Assembly: GCA_963805085.1 (NCBI GenBank)
Contig: CAWDTA010000004.1
Coordinates: forward strand, 384,001 to 448,000
Length of the DNA stretch: 64,000 nt
Source of the DNA: an uncultured Veillonellaceae bacterium
Lineage (GTDB): Bacteria > Bacillota > Negativicutes > JARBTT01
Direction: 5' to 3'
In this document: piece by piece, positions 10,172-19,791 of the stretch
How positions within the stretch are numbered: position 1 is the stretch's first letter
Layout: each line of letters begins with the position of its first letter
Program-made: the position numbers and the translations under genes
Notes under the pieces: model-generated
What the model was told of the DNA's origin: nothing
Databases searched by the model: none
The model's input: the letters and a program-made list of their open reading frames with translations, nothing else

Positions 10172-11356
10172 TTAGCGTAACTCTTGTAAAAAGCTCGTAC
10201 CATGACTTGGCAATTTAACTGCAAAATTTTCCGCCACAGTAGCCCCGATATCCGCAAAAGACTTCCGAACAGCCAGCTCACTGCCACCAGTAAACCTTGG
10301 CGAATATACAAGTAAAGGTATATATTCTCGCGTATGATCTGTTCCCCGGTATGTTGGATCATTGCCATGATCGGCCGTAATAATCAGTAACTCTTCTTCG
10401 GTCAGTTTAGCCAATACCTTTGCTAGTTCTACATCAAATTCTTCAATTGCTCGTCCATACCCTTTGGCATCACGACGATGTCCAAACATAGCATCAAAAT
10501 CAACCAAATTCATAAAGCATAGCCCAGTAAACTCTTCGCCCAGCAAAGCAATAAATTTATCCATGCCATCTTTATTAGATACAGTACGAATTGCTTTTGT
10601 AATCCCTTCACCATCAAAAATATCGGCAATTTTACCAATCGATATCACATCGTTCTTTGCTTCTTTCAATGCATCTAGCACCGTAGGCGCTATAGGTTTC
10701 AAAGCATAATCATGCCGATTGGAGGTACGAGTAAAATTGCCATATTTACCCACAAAAGGGCGCGCAATGATGCGTCCTAATTTATATGGCTCATCAAGCG
10801 TAATCTCCCTACAGAATTTACAGATATCATAAAGTTCAGTAAGCGGCACGACCTCTTCATGCGCGGCAATCTGCAATACCGAATCAGCCGATGTATACAC
10901 AATAATCGCACCTGTTTCCATATGCTCCGCGCCCAGTTCATCAATAATCGCTGTGCCACTGGCTACTTTATTACCAATCACCTTACGCCCCGTTTTTTCC
11001 TCAATCCGCGCAATCAATTCAGCCGGAAAACCTTCAGGAAAGACACGAAAAGGTTTTTCAATATAAAGCCCCATCATCTCCCAATGCCCCGTCATCGTAT
11101 CCTTACCATTAGAAATTTCCTGTGCCTTTCCGTAATAAGCCAACGGCTTCTCTACTGGCAGTATGCCCTCTAATGGCCGAATATTACCAATCCCCAACTC
11201 CGCCATATTCGGTATATTGAGCTTGCCACAAGCCTTCGCAATATTCCCAAAAGTATCCGCCCCACTATCATCAAACTTCCCAGCATCGGGCGCTTCTCCT
11301 ATGCCAAGTGAATCTAAAACAATAATATGCACACGTTTAAACGTCATCGATTTCAT
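10172..11356 (-). CDS. deoB: phosphopentomutase
   Basis: [54 protein letters not shown]. Confidence 0.97.
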   Translation of the reverse strand: MKSMTFKRVHIIVLDSLGIGEAPDAGKFDDSGADTFGNIAKACGKLNIPNMAELGIGNIRPLEGILPVEKPLAYYGKAQEISNGKDTMTGHWEMMGLYIEKPFRVFPEGFPAELIARIEEKTGRKVIGNKVASGTAIIDELGAEHMETGAIIVYTSADSVLQIAAHEEVVPLTELYDICKFCREITLDEPYKLGRIIARPFVGKYGNFTRTSNRHDYALKPIAPTVLDALKEAKNDVISIGKIADIFDGEGITKAIRTVSNKDGMDKFIALLGEEFTGLCFMNLVDFDAMFGHRRDAKGYGRAIEEFDVELAKVLAKLTEEELLIITADHGNDPTYRGTDHTREYIPLLVYSPRFTGGSELAVRKSFADIGATVAENFAVKLPSHGTSFLQELR

Positions 11357-11403
11357 ATTTCGTTACCTCCAACCGTCTTTTCATTCTATTATACTAGAAT
11401 ATG

Positions 11404-12582
11404 CTAGAAAAAGAAGCCAGAAACAGTAGCTGATAAAATACTAACTAAACTCGCTCCATAAATAAGTCTTAAACCAAACCGCGCAACGATGTCCCCTTGC
11501 TTTTCTTGTAAAGCTTTTACCGCCCCAGCTATAATTCCTACCGAGGAAAAGTTGGCAAACGATACGAGAAAAACAGAAACGATACTGACAGTTCGTGGTG
11601 AAAGCGCTGTACTTTTTCCTAAATCCAGCATCGCAACAAATTCATTGGCTACCAATTTCGTTGCCATGATACTACCTGCACCCACCGTTTCATGCATCGG
11701 TATTCCCATTACGAACGCAATCGGAGCAAAGACGAACCCTAACATATGCTGAAAGGTAACTCCGAAAACTGCTGCAAAAATCCCGTTTACCATGCCAATT
11801 AACGCTACGAAACCAATCAACATCGCTCCTACAATAACTGCTACACGAAAGCCATCCATAATATATTCACCCAACATTTCAAAAAAGGATTGCTTCGTTT
11901 CTACCTCTACTTCCAAACTATCCTCCTGCGCCGTTACTTCATAGGGATTGATAATGGATGCAATAATAAAGCCCCCGAAGAGATTAAGTACCAATGCAAC
12001 CACCACACACTTAGGTTCAATCATTTTCATATAAGCTCCAACAATCGACATAGACACAGTAGACATTGCCGAAGCGCACAACGTATATAAACGATGCTCA
12101 GGCAATAATCCCAGTTGCTTTTTCACCGAAATAAATACTTCGGATTGTCCTAAAATTGCCGATGCGACCGCATTATAGGATTCCAACTTTCCCATGCCAT
12201 TAACCTTACTTAAAACAATCCCAATATATTTTATGACAAAAGGTAAAATTTTAGTATATTGTAAAATACCAATTAATGCAGAAATAAAAACAATTGGCAA
12301 TAAAACGCTAAAAAAGAATGCTACCTGCTCACCTTTCGCCAGACCACCGAAAACAAAACCAATACCTTCCATAGCAAAAGAAATTAAAATTGAAAAAACA
12401 GCGGCAAACCCACCGATGAAAACCTCTCCGATCTCCGTATTAATCAATACGAACGCCAATAAAAATTGCAATATCAACATGATAAAAATAGAACGATAAC
12501 GAATCTGTTTTCTACTGTTACTTGCAACATAAGCAAGCAAAAACACCACGAGTAAACCTACCACCGCCAACAAATAGTTCAT
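11404..12582 (-). CDS. nupC: CNT-family nucleoside transporter
   Basis: LESYNAVASAILGQSEVF, ATKLVANEFVAM, FLVSFANFSS; nucleoside operon context. Confidence 0.92.
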   Translation of the reverse strand: MNYLLAVVGLLVVFLLAYVASNSRKQIRYRSIFIMLILQFLLAFVLINTEIGEVFIGGFAAVFSILISFAMEGIGFVFGGLAKGEQVAFFFSVLLPIVFISALIGILQYTKILPFVIKYIGIVLSKVNGMGKLESYNAVASAILGQSEVFISVKKQLGLLPEHRLYTLCASAMSTVSMSIVGAYMKMIEPKCVVVALVLNLFGGFIIASIINPYEVTAQEDSLEVEVETKQSFFEMLGEYIMDGFRVAVIVGAMLIGFVALIGMVNGIFAAVFGVTFQHMLGFVFAPIAFVMGIPMHETVGAGSIMATKLVANEFVAMLDLGKSTALSPRTVSIVSVFLVSFANFSSVGIIAGAVKALQEKQGDIVARFGLRLIYGASLVSILSATVSGFFF

Positions 12583-12592
12583 GATATCCCCC

Positions 12593-12997
12593 TTAGCTAT
12601 TATTTTTTATCATATCACTTGACTTAAATGAACCGGGTAATAATTGTTCCATCGTCCATTCCTCATTATCACCATGTAAATTAGCCAAATAAATTTTGGT
12701 ATCTCCTGTACAAAATTCGGATAAAACTTGTCGACAAGCACCACAAGGAGAAACTGGTTCTTCGGTATCTGCAATCACGGCTAACGCTTCTATTTTATTT
12801 TCACCTTCAGAAATTGCTTTGAAAATTGCTGTACGTTCAGCACAGTTGGTCAATCCAAAAGATGCATTTTCAATATTACAGCCATAATATATTTTATTAC
12901 TGCCACCAAGTACCGCTGCGCCTACCTTAAAATGAGAAAATGGTGCATAAGCATACTCACGTGCAGTTTTAGCCACTTGAATTAATTTTTCTTTCAA
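12593..12997 (-). CDS. cdd: cytidine deaminase (TTG start)
   Basis: GCNIENAS, CAERTA and SPCGACRQ Zn motifs. Confidence 0.96.
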   Translation of the reverse strand: MKEKLIQVAKTAREYAYAPFSHFKVGAAVLGGSNKIYYGCNIENASFGLTNCAERTAIFKAISEGENKIEALAVIADTEEPVSPCGACRQVLSEFCTGDTKIYLANLHGDNEEWTMEQLLPGSFKSSDMIKNNS

Positions 12998-13070
12998 AGT
13001 AATCGTCCTCCTAATAATCGCAATTTTATTATTTTTACTCGTTACAAGACAAAAAGCTCCTACTCCTTAT

Positions 13071-13757
13071 TTAAATTTCTTTAACGACAAGAAGTAATTT
13101 AGCATATTGCTCTTTACTAATATAAATTTTTCCTCTCCTCAAAAAAATCAATCCAGCTCTGTTTAACTTATCAATACATCTATTGATCGTTTTGACACTT
13201 ACCCCTATTTCATCAGCAATTTGTTGCCTCTTTTTATCAACGAGCAACACCTCTATATCCTTTTGTTTCTCTTGATAATATTTAATAATATAAGCCTGAA
13301 TCTTATGTATCCCTAACAAAAAATTAGCGGTTCCCGTTTTGCTTGCTGTAGAATACATTTTCTTCGCAAGCTTTTGGGATATTCTCAATAAAACCGCGTG
13401 ATCGCATGTAATCCATTTAGCAAAATCTTTAGCAGAAATCACCAGCACGCTGCAATTATTAACAGTTTCAACCGTACTAACATATTCCATCTCACCAGCC
13501 AGAATCTCCAATTCACTAACGAAACTAATCGGTCGTATACGCTCAAAAATATAAATCCGCCCGTTTTCAAATTCATTAATGACCTTCAATTCACCTCCAA
13601 TAAGAATATAAGCATACTCTACCTTTTCCCCTTTTCTTACCACAGTCTCTCCAGCAGGTATTTTTTTTAAAAAAACTTTTTTTCTTATCTCCTCAGGCAT
13701 TCCTACTAGTACTTCCTGCAATTGAGACCCACTGAAAAAATCATCATCGAACTGCAT
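13071..13757 (-). CDS. Crp/Fnr-family transcriptional regulator
   Basis: cNMP-binding-like N-domain and C-terminal HTH RQQIADEIGVSVKTINR. Confidence 0.88.
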   Translation of the reverse strand: MQFDDDFFSGSQLQEVLVGMPEEIRKKVFLKKIPAGETVVRKGEKVEYAYILIGGELKVINEFENGRIYIFERIRPISFVSELEILAGEMEYVSTVETVNNCSVLVISAKDFAKWITCDHAVLLRISQKLAKKMYSTASKTGTANFLLGIHKIQAYIIKYYQEKQKDIEVLLVDKKRQQIADEIGVSVKTINRCIDKLNRAGLIFLRRGKIYISKEQYAKLLLVVKEI

Positions 13758-13899
13758 ACATTAACCCCACAAAATTCAAATTATATCTGTACATCAATCT
13801 GTACATTCTTAGAATTATGGAAAACAATTTCTTCTCATAAAATTATTTATTATTTGAAACTGGGCTCACCATTCATTCTAATTGTTCTAATAGTCTTTT

Positions 13900-13919
13900 A
13901 AAAGGTCACGTGTCCTTTT
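13900..13919. promoter_or_regulatory. candidate operator upstream of crp-cdd-nupC-deoB-pdp
   Basis: Near-palindrome AAAAGGTCACGTGTCCTTTT abutting a minus-strand TTGACA at 13920-13925. Confidence 0.45.
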
Positions 13920-13979
13920 TGTCAAATTATAACATGATTATGATTCATACTAAAAAATTGACTATTACCAACATGTAGG

Positions 13980-14153
13980 ATTGACTATCTCCTAGGTAGA
14001 GTAACCTCATTTAAATCTACATCACAACCAACAGATATATCACAAGATAATTTGAATCTACTTCGTAAACTTAACAACCTTCCAGATGCAGATCGTAAGG
14101 AAATCGAATCCTATATCCAATATAAAGAACGTAGTAAAAAGGACAATGATTAA
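13980..14153 (+). pseudogene. 3' remnant of an XRE/Cro-CI-type repressor gene
   Basis: Open frame IDYLLGRVTSFKST...NLLRKLNNLPDADRKEIESYIQYKERSKKDND*. DYLLGR is the typical end of an XRE HTH. No start codon; in-frame TGA at 13959. Confidence 0.65.
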
Positions 14154-14192
14154 TCTAAATGAGCATAGTACCCTTGATAAAAGGTAACAGTA

Positions 14193-14221
14193 TTTACATT
14201 ACGTATAAAATCACATATAAT
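14193..14221 (+). promoter_or_regulatory. sigma-A promoter of a putative antisense RNA
   Basis: TTTACA-17bp-TATAAT with no credible downstream protein. Confidence 0.6.
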
Positions 14222-14223
14222 AA

Positions 14224-14373
14224 TCATATACTAAATAAACCAAAAACGCCCTGTAGCAAGCAGGACGTTTCGGTGAGTAGGTTGCTCTTACCTGCAAGTT
14301 CAAATAGCGTTGCGAGCGCTAAAATGAATTTGCTAGAAATTGTTAGTTTAAGCTTTCCAACTTCTAACTGCAT
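14224..14373 (-). CDS. small 49-aa peptide, candidate type I toxin (MQLEVGKLKLTISSKFILALATLFELAGKSNLLTETSCLLQGVFGLFSI)
   Basis: Strong RBS AGGAGGTG before the ATG; promoter CTGTCA-18-TATAAT at 14456-14427; below the ORF-track size cutoff. Confidence 0.55.
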   Translation of the reverse strand: MQLEVGKLKLTISSKFILALATLFELAGKSNLLTETSCLLQGVFGLFSI

Positions 14374-14428
14374 GGTATCACCTCCTATTCAGTTTTAACA
14401 GGCTAGTTGACGCTAGCCTGTTATTTAT
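14228..14428 (+). ncRNA. putative antisense sRNA of about 200 nt opposite the small ORF
   Basis: Bounded by the promoter at 14193-14221 and hairpin AACAGGCTAG-TTGACG-CTAGCCTGTT plus a T-rich tail; internal hairpins present. Confidence 0.45.
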
Positions 14429-14490
14429 TATAACTTAATATGACTAATTTTGACAGTTTGAATCTTAGACTGTCTTTTTCTTTTGACGTA

Positions 14491-14531
14491 AAAAATGAAC
14501 TGACTAACATCTCTGCTAGTCAGTTCATTTT
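14491..14531. repeat. dispersed palindrome/terminator family, copy 1
   Basis: AAAATGAACTGACTAACATCTCTGCTAGTCAGTTCATTTT. Confidence 0.7.
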
Positions 14532-14561
14532 CTACATATATTGAATGAAATTTATATTGCC

Positions 14562-15140
14562 TTATTTCTGATAGAATCCTAACTTGTTCATCTTATACCA
14601 TTCGTCAATTTCTGGGGCGGTCTTTGCATTTAAACACAACATAATTTTCCTAGCGAATTCTAACGAAGCCGTACCATTTGCAGTTATGATATCCGAATCA
14701 CAAACTGCTTGTTGTTCGAGAAAATTGCAATCGCCTTTGTAATGCGGTGCTTGTGCTTTCATATAAGCCAATGTGTTGCCTGTATGTTTGATCGTATCCA
14801 GATATCCGCTATCTGCCATAAAGTTGACGGCATTGCAGATTGCTGCTACCGGAATATGCTGTTGAGCAGCGTACTCAACCATAGGTTGAATGGCGTTATT
14901 TTTTTGTTCCATCCAAGCGTAGCCGCCAATCAATAGTAACATAGCGAAATTTTCAGGGTAATCACTAACAGAATAATCAGGAATGACTCGAAAACCTCCC
15001 ATAGAAATTTTAGGGTCTTTATCCAGACTTAAAGTTTTTACAATATACTCCGATTCTGGTGAATTGAGTTCTGCACAAATATAAGCGCTTTCCCAATCGG
15101 CATATCCATCGAAAATGAACACAAGTACTTCTTTTTTCAC
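14562..15140 (-). CDS. DJ-1/PfpI (glutamine amidotransferase-like) family protein
   Basis: FDGYADWE, LIGG, VAAICNA nucleophile elbow, IITANG. Confidence 0.88.
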   Translation of the reverse strand: MKKEVLVFIFDGYADWESAYICAELNSPESEYIVKTLSLDKDPKISMGGFRVIPDYSVSDYPENFAMLLLIGGYAWMEQKNNAIQPMVEYAAQQHIPVAAICNAVNFMADSGYLDTIKHTGNTLAYMKAQAPHYKGDCNFLEQQAVCDSDIITANGTASLEFARKIMLCLNAKTAPEIDEWYKMNKLGFYQK

Positions 15141-15178
15141 TATTTAGCACGCCCTTTCTTCAATGATTATACAGTAAA

Positions 15179-15204
15179 AAAGATGACAACTATGTGTCAC
15201 CTTT
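15179..15204. promoter_or_regulatory. candidate YafY/WYL operator overlapping the regulator's stop codon
   Basis: AAAGATGACA-ACTATG-TGTCACCTTT inverted repeat. Confidence 0.55.
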
Positions 15205-16137
15205 ATAGAGTGCATTTATTGTTTTTATTTGAGTTTTTACTGCTTCTTTTAGGTCAGGTGGTGCTATAACTTTAACTTTGTCTTGCAGACTGAAAACTAA
15301 ATTCGTAGCCCATTCTAAATTAGAAACAGAAAATCTAATCTGCCCCTTTTCTTTTGCACTGCTAGCCCTGTGGAAAAATTTCGCATCGATCTTATCTGTT
15401 AGGAAAAATTCATTGGTAGCATCATATTCTAGTATAACCTCAACCAATGAGGTCGGGTCTTGTGACGAAAACAAGCCCGCACCAAAATCCTTGCCAAACT
15501 CTATTTTTTCAACTGCCTTACAATTGAAACTTGCATCCATAATTTTATAAGTGGCAATTCGATTGACCTTAAACAAGCGGAACTCCTGATTCTCCTCGCA
15601 AAAAGCGTATAAATACCAGCAAGACTCTTTAAAAACGAGTTTATGAGGCTGAACGATTCTTGCTGAACGTGACCAATTGGAGATATATTCTAGATAAATA
15701 CAATTTCGATTTTTAATTGCCTTATGCAAATCGGATACCTTTTCGTGTGTAATACTGTCTTGAAACCATGAGGACAAATCAATTACATAATCACTTTCTG
15801 AAAATACCGTGCTTGTTTCTTCTGGGATTAACTTCGCCATTAGATTGGTTAAAGAGGGGTTTTCATCTATACTCATCAGTCCATTAAGTGCAGTAAAAAC
15901 ATTTTTTATATCGTTCTTGGAAAGAATATTTCTTTTGAGCTTATACCCCTCCATAATGGCTACCCCGCCACCAATTCCTGAATAGGTAACAATGGGAACT
16001 CCTGACTGATTCAGCGTATCCAAATCGCGAAAAATTGTACGTTTGGAAACTTCAAACCTTTCCGCTAATTCTTGTATTGTAATTCTATCCGTATTGGCAA
16101 GGACACTTAAAATCCCTAATAGTCTATCGATTTTCAC
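15190..16137 (-). CDS. YafY-family HTH-WYL transcriptional regulator
   Basis: MKIDRLLGIL...ELAERFEVSKRTIFRD HTH; WYLYAFC...FRLFKVNRI WYL domain. Confidence 0.93.
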   Translation of the reverse strand: MKIDRLLGILSVLANTDRITIQELAERFEVSKRTIFRDLDTLNQSGVPIVTYSGIGGGVAIMEGYKLKRNILSKNDIKNVFTALNGLMSIDENPSLTNLMAKLIPEETSTVFSESDYVIDLSSWFQDSITHEKVSDLHKAIKNRNCIYLEYISNWSRSARIVQPHKLVFKESCWYLYAFCEENQEFRLFKVNRIATYKIMDASFNCKAVEKIEFGKDFGAGLFSSQDPTSLVEVILEYDATNEFFLTDKIDAKFFHRASSAKEKGQIRFSVSNLEWATNLVFSLQDKVKVIAPPDLKEAVKTQIKTINALYKGDT

Positions 16138-16215
16138 GATAACACGCTTTCCCCATTCTATTTCAATACTTCATTTTACTTACAAATTTCAAAATATTTT
16201 TGTGCTGTTAACCTA

Positions 16216-16527
16216 TCAATCATTATCATACGCCTCTAGCGCAATTGGTAACGCTGCAATCACTTTGTTACCAATTGCAGGTAGTGGCAATAATACTGCA
16301 CTTTTAATTTCTTCTCTTGTAGCACCAAGTTCTTTTGCATGTTTGACATGAAACGGAATCCCACTTAAGAGTCCCGCTGTCGTCAGTACCGCTATATAAG
16401 CTATCTCTTCAGTTTTTGAATCTAACGCGCTTGCTCCGTCAAGTTTTTTTACCGTTTCTAGCCATATTTTTGCCTGTTCAGGTGTCTCTTTCATAAAGCA
16501 TTCAAACGCATTGCTAACTTGCTTCAT
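16216..16527 (-). CDS. carboxymuconolactone decarboxylase/AhpD-like family protein (no CxxC)
   Basis: ALDSKTEEI...IPFHVKHAKELGATREEI. Confidence 0.85.
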   Translation of the reverse strand: MKQVSNAFECFMKETPEQAKIWLETVKKLDGASALDSKTEEIAYIAVLTTAGLLSGIPFHVKHAKELGATREEIKSAVLLPLPAIGNKVIAALPIALEAYDND

Positions 16528-16590
16528 TTTAATTCCCCCACTATTTTAGTACATTTATATATATTATCAAAAAACAAACTATCGTAAATC

Positions 16591-17352
16591 TTAAACAAGG
16601 AACACTTCAACTCCTTGATTTTTTAGTTCTTTAATTATTTCAGGGTCAGCATCTTTATCCGTCACAATTGTATCAATTTCTTTCAAGGTAGCAACTGTCA
16701 TAAAAGAACTACATCCTAACTTGGTATGATCAATTACAAGCACAATCCTCGTTGCTTGCTTAACCAACGAACGTTTTGTTTCTGTATCAATGATATCTGG
16801 ATTCGTTGCTCCCTGCTTAATATCAAGACCATCGGCTCCAAGAAACAATATATCAATCCTAAATTTACTGATAAAATCACTTGTCATTTGTCCAAAAAAT
16901 CCCTGTGGTTTTTCTCTAAATACACCTGGTGCCATAATTAACTTGATGCTTTTTGCTGTGCTGAGTATGTTACTAACAGGTAAGGAGTTGGTCATAACAA
17001 CAATATTTTTTTTTTGTACAATCGCCTCAGCAATTTCTTTTGTTGTAGAACCACAATCAATAAAAATTGAGGATCCTTCATTAATTAAATTTGCGCAAAA
17101 GCTGGCAATACGAATTTTTTCTTCTCGCAATTTTTCTTCTCTAAAAGGCATGTTATGTACAAGTGTAGCCCCACGGTTCAAAACCGCACCACCATGAACA
17201 AGTGTAACAACACCTTGTTCAGCAAACAAATTTAAATCACGCCGAACCGTCATTGAAGACACATCCAGTATTTCTGATAGCTCTGTAATGTTTACAGAGT
17301 TATTTTTTTCTAATTCATCCAAGATCTCTTTACGCCGCTTTATCGTTTTCAT
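16591..17352 (-). CDS. DeoR/GlpR-family transcriptional regulator
   Basis: VSSMTVRRDL...HGGA HTH; IFIDCGSTT, MTNS, DHTK; start moved to MKTIKRR. Confidence 0.92.
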   Translation of the reverse strand: MKTIKRRKEILDELEKNNSVNITELSEILDVSSMTVRRDLNLFAEQGVVTLVHGGAVLNRGATLVHNMPFREEKLREEKIRIASFCANLINEGSSIFIDCGSTTKEIAEAIVQKKNIVVMTNSLPVSNILSTAKSIKLIMAPGVFREKPQGFFGQMTSDFISKFRIDILFLGADGLDIKQGATNPDIIDTETKRSLVKQATRIVLVIDHTKLGCSSFMTVATLKEIDTIVTDKDADPEIIKELKNQGVEVFLV

Positions 17353-17679
17353 TTTATTTACCCCATTTAGAATTCTTACTTTTAATATAGTATTATCTAA
17401 CATTTTTGTCAATTTTAAATGTTACATTTTCTCAACATTTTAACTTCCACATTGTTTTGTTACATTTTTGTTATTTTATTGTGTTTTTTATAGATATAAT
17501 AACATTTTTACATTACTTTTTGATAATTTCTATCAAAAATATAACAAAATATATTGACTTTATCTATACAAAGCGAGTATTATACAGTCAAGGAATCAGA
17601 TTTCTATAAATAACGATAGCGCGCTAAAAATTTTAAACTTTAAAACTACAAAATAAAATTTTGCTAGGAGCGAATCAAT

Positions 17680-18084
17680 ATGAATTTATTAATTTTATCA
17701 AACGGGAATTTTGCCAAGGAACTCTATCATTCTATGAAAAGATTCTATTCCAATCCAGATATTGATTACATTGTTTTAAAGGATACAGATATCCATCAAT
17801 ACAGCGTAGAAATTCAGCGCTATTTGATTGAGCACACAGACGATTTACTTATACTATGTGATGTCTATGGTAGTACAGCTTTTAATGAAGCAGCAATTGA
17901 AATAAACAAACTGAATAGAACTAGCAATACTGCTATAATATGTGGGATGAATCTACCAATCTTATTTAAATTATATGGTCTAAAAGATACTTGGGATATT
18001 GAAAATATAAAATCATTTTATAATCATTCAGAAAAAAATGGTGTGATTGTATATTCACCAATCATCACGAACAATGAACTCTAG
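17680..18084 (+). CDS. mannose-family PTS EIIA-like protein, orphan, phospho-His replaced by Asn
   Basis: LILSNGNFA (canonical SHG), LCDVYGSTAFN, GMNLPIL. Confidence 0.75.
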   Translation: MNLLILSNGNFAKELYHSMKRFYSNPDIDYIVLKDTDIHQYSVEIQRYLIEHTDDLLILCDVYGSTAFNEAAIEINKLNRTSNTAIICGMNLPILFKLYGLKDTWDIENIKSFYNHSEKNGVIVYSPIITNNEL

Positions 18085-18140
18085 TAAAGTGCCTACATAG
18101 ATTGAATTGCTGGTAACAATAACTTTATAGATCTAGATAT

Positions 18141-18178
18141 AAAAAACTGACTAACATTTTTGATAGTCAGTTCATTTT
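18141..18178. repeat. dispersed palindrome/terminator family, copy 2
   Basis: AAAAAACTGACTAACATTTTTGATAGTCAGTTCATTTT. Confidence 0.7.
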
Positions 18179-18236
18179 ATGTACTAGTTCTATTTATTAT
18201 TTAGAAATTGCCAGTTTTATGTACTATCTCCTTGGC

Positions 18237-19190
18237 TTACAACGTATTTCCCAGCTTAATATAGAAAAATAAGATTGGAAATACAATCAGCAGATAAATT
18301 GCAGTAGTCAAAATAAATGCAGCAATAGATAAATCAACATTAAGTTTAAACAGCCTTGTTGTAACAACTGCATTAATTGCTGTTGGAGTCATGGCTAGTA
18401 TCAGAATCGTACCTAATACGATTTGATCTGTAAATAAAAACCGGATAATGCAATACGTCAGAATCGGCGTAGCAATAAATTTAATCGGAAGCAAGTTCCA
18501 GATAACTCGATAATATTTGCGTGCTTTCTGAAAATCAATCAAATATCCTACCGGAAGAAGCGCCAACCATGCCCCGAAATGAATCAGCGCCTCAAATATC
18601 GTTGCCAAAATGGGTGGACGCGGCACATCATATAAGTAAAGGAACATACCAAGGAGCATCCCAACGAGCGGCAGTTGATTCCAACTCAAGAACATTTGCC
18701 TCAAACTAAGTTTCATATTTTTCTTTTCTGCTGAACTTTCATAACACTGATAATAATACTCTGCTAATGGAAAGCAGAAAAGCAGCAGTACTAGATTCTG
18801 AAAAACCCCTACCATTTGTGCATAGGCAAAACCAATTTCTCCATAAAGGATAAACGCACAAAGTCCACCTAATGTACCAATATTGGAAAGCATTGCCGAG
18901 GACAGATAACTCCCCCGATCCAATGGATTCTCATAAAGCTTGGCAAACATCAGATAACCAAGTATGCCTGGGATAATACATAAAATAATCCCCAGCATGG
19001 GTAGCCAAATTAGGTCCAGGGTCAATGGCAATACCCAAAAGCTTAACACCGATAAAATAGTACCAACAACAACAATATTAAACGAAATCAACTGATTGCA
19101 GATTGTGCCGTTAATCAAATTTCTTTTATGTAAATAATAACCAAGTATTAACGGTAATATCAAATCTGTGAGTACATATATAATTCGCAA
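18237..19190 (-). CDS. AEC (auxin efflux carrier)-like membrane transporter
   Basis: About 10 TM segments; SNIGTLGG and MTPTAINAV motifs; TTG start. Confidence 0.7.
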   Translation of the reverse strand: MRIIYVLTDLILPLILGYYLHKRNLINGTICNQLISFNIVVVGTILSVLSFWVLPLTLDLIWLPMLGIILCIIPGILGYLMFAKLYENPLDRGSYLSSAMLSNIGTLGGLCAFILYGEIGFAYAQMVGVFQNLVLLLFCFPLAEYYYQCYESSAEKKNMKLSLRQMFLSWNQLPLVGMLLGMFLYLYDVPRPPILATIFEALIHFGAWLALLPVGYLIDFQKARKYYRVIWNLLPIKFIATPILTYCIIRFLFTDQIVLGTILILAMTPTAINAVVTTRLFKLNVDLSIAAFILTTAIYLLIVFPILFFYIKLGNTL

Positions 19191-19239
19191 ACGAACCTCG
19201 CTCCTTTTAATATAACAAACTTTATCGCAAATAAACTCT

Positions 19240-19791
19240 TTATACTTCTAGATTACTATGAGCACGAAAGGCATCTTTGGCACTCACTTTACAAAGCTCT
19301 GCATAAAATAAGCACATGCTATCGAAAACAATATGTGCGCTCTGGTCAAATAAAGAGCCTAGCGGTTGGATACTCATAGCCTCTCCCGCACTCCGAAATT
19401 TCGTCGCTGCGGGTATCAACAGACAGGTATCTGCCGTTTCCGCCAATAGACTTTCCGCGTTTGCCGTCAAGGCGAGTATAAATACCCCTGTTTTCTTTGC
19501 TTTTTGCGCTGTCCAAACGACGTTATGTGTTTTACCTGAACCAGAAATTGCTACCAAGATATCTTGAGGCGCAATCGCTGGAGTAATGGTTTCACCGATC
19601 ACGTAACTTTGTGCACCAAGGTGCAACAGACGCATAGCAAACGCCTTTGCCATAAGTCCTGAGCGCCCCTCGCCAATAACGAAAATACGCTTTGCCTTTA
19701 CCAAAGAATGCGTAGCCTCACGTACACTATGTTCATCCAGCTGTTCAAGCACTTGTTGGATTTCGCCTAAAATCTTTATCCCTATCTCCAT
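19240..19791 (-). CDS. hxlB: 6-phospho-3-hexuloisomerase
   Basis: GEGRSGL..KAFAMRL.HLG, GETITP, ISGSGKT, QPLGSLFDQ, HSNLE. Confidence 0.92.
   Translation of the reverse strand: MEIGIKILGEIQQVLEQLDEHSVREATHSLVKAKRIFVIGEGRSGLMAKAFAMRLLHLGAQSYVIGETITPAIAPQDILVAISGSGKTHNVVWTAQKAKKTGVFILALTANAESLLAETADTCLLIPAATKFRSAGEAMSIQPLGSLFDQSAHIVFDSMCLFYAELCKVSAKDAFRAHSNLEV

Noticed and set aside
14159-14398. 79-aa plus-strand ORF in the track
   Set aside because: No RBS; it runs through a consensus promoter and hairpins, whereas the opposite-strand ORF has a strong RBS
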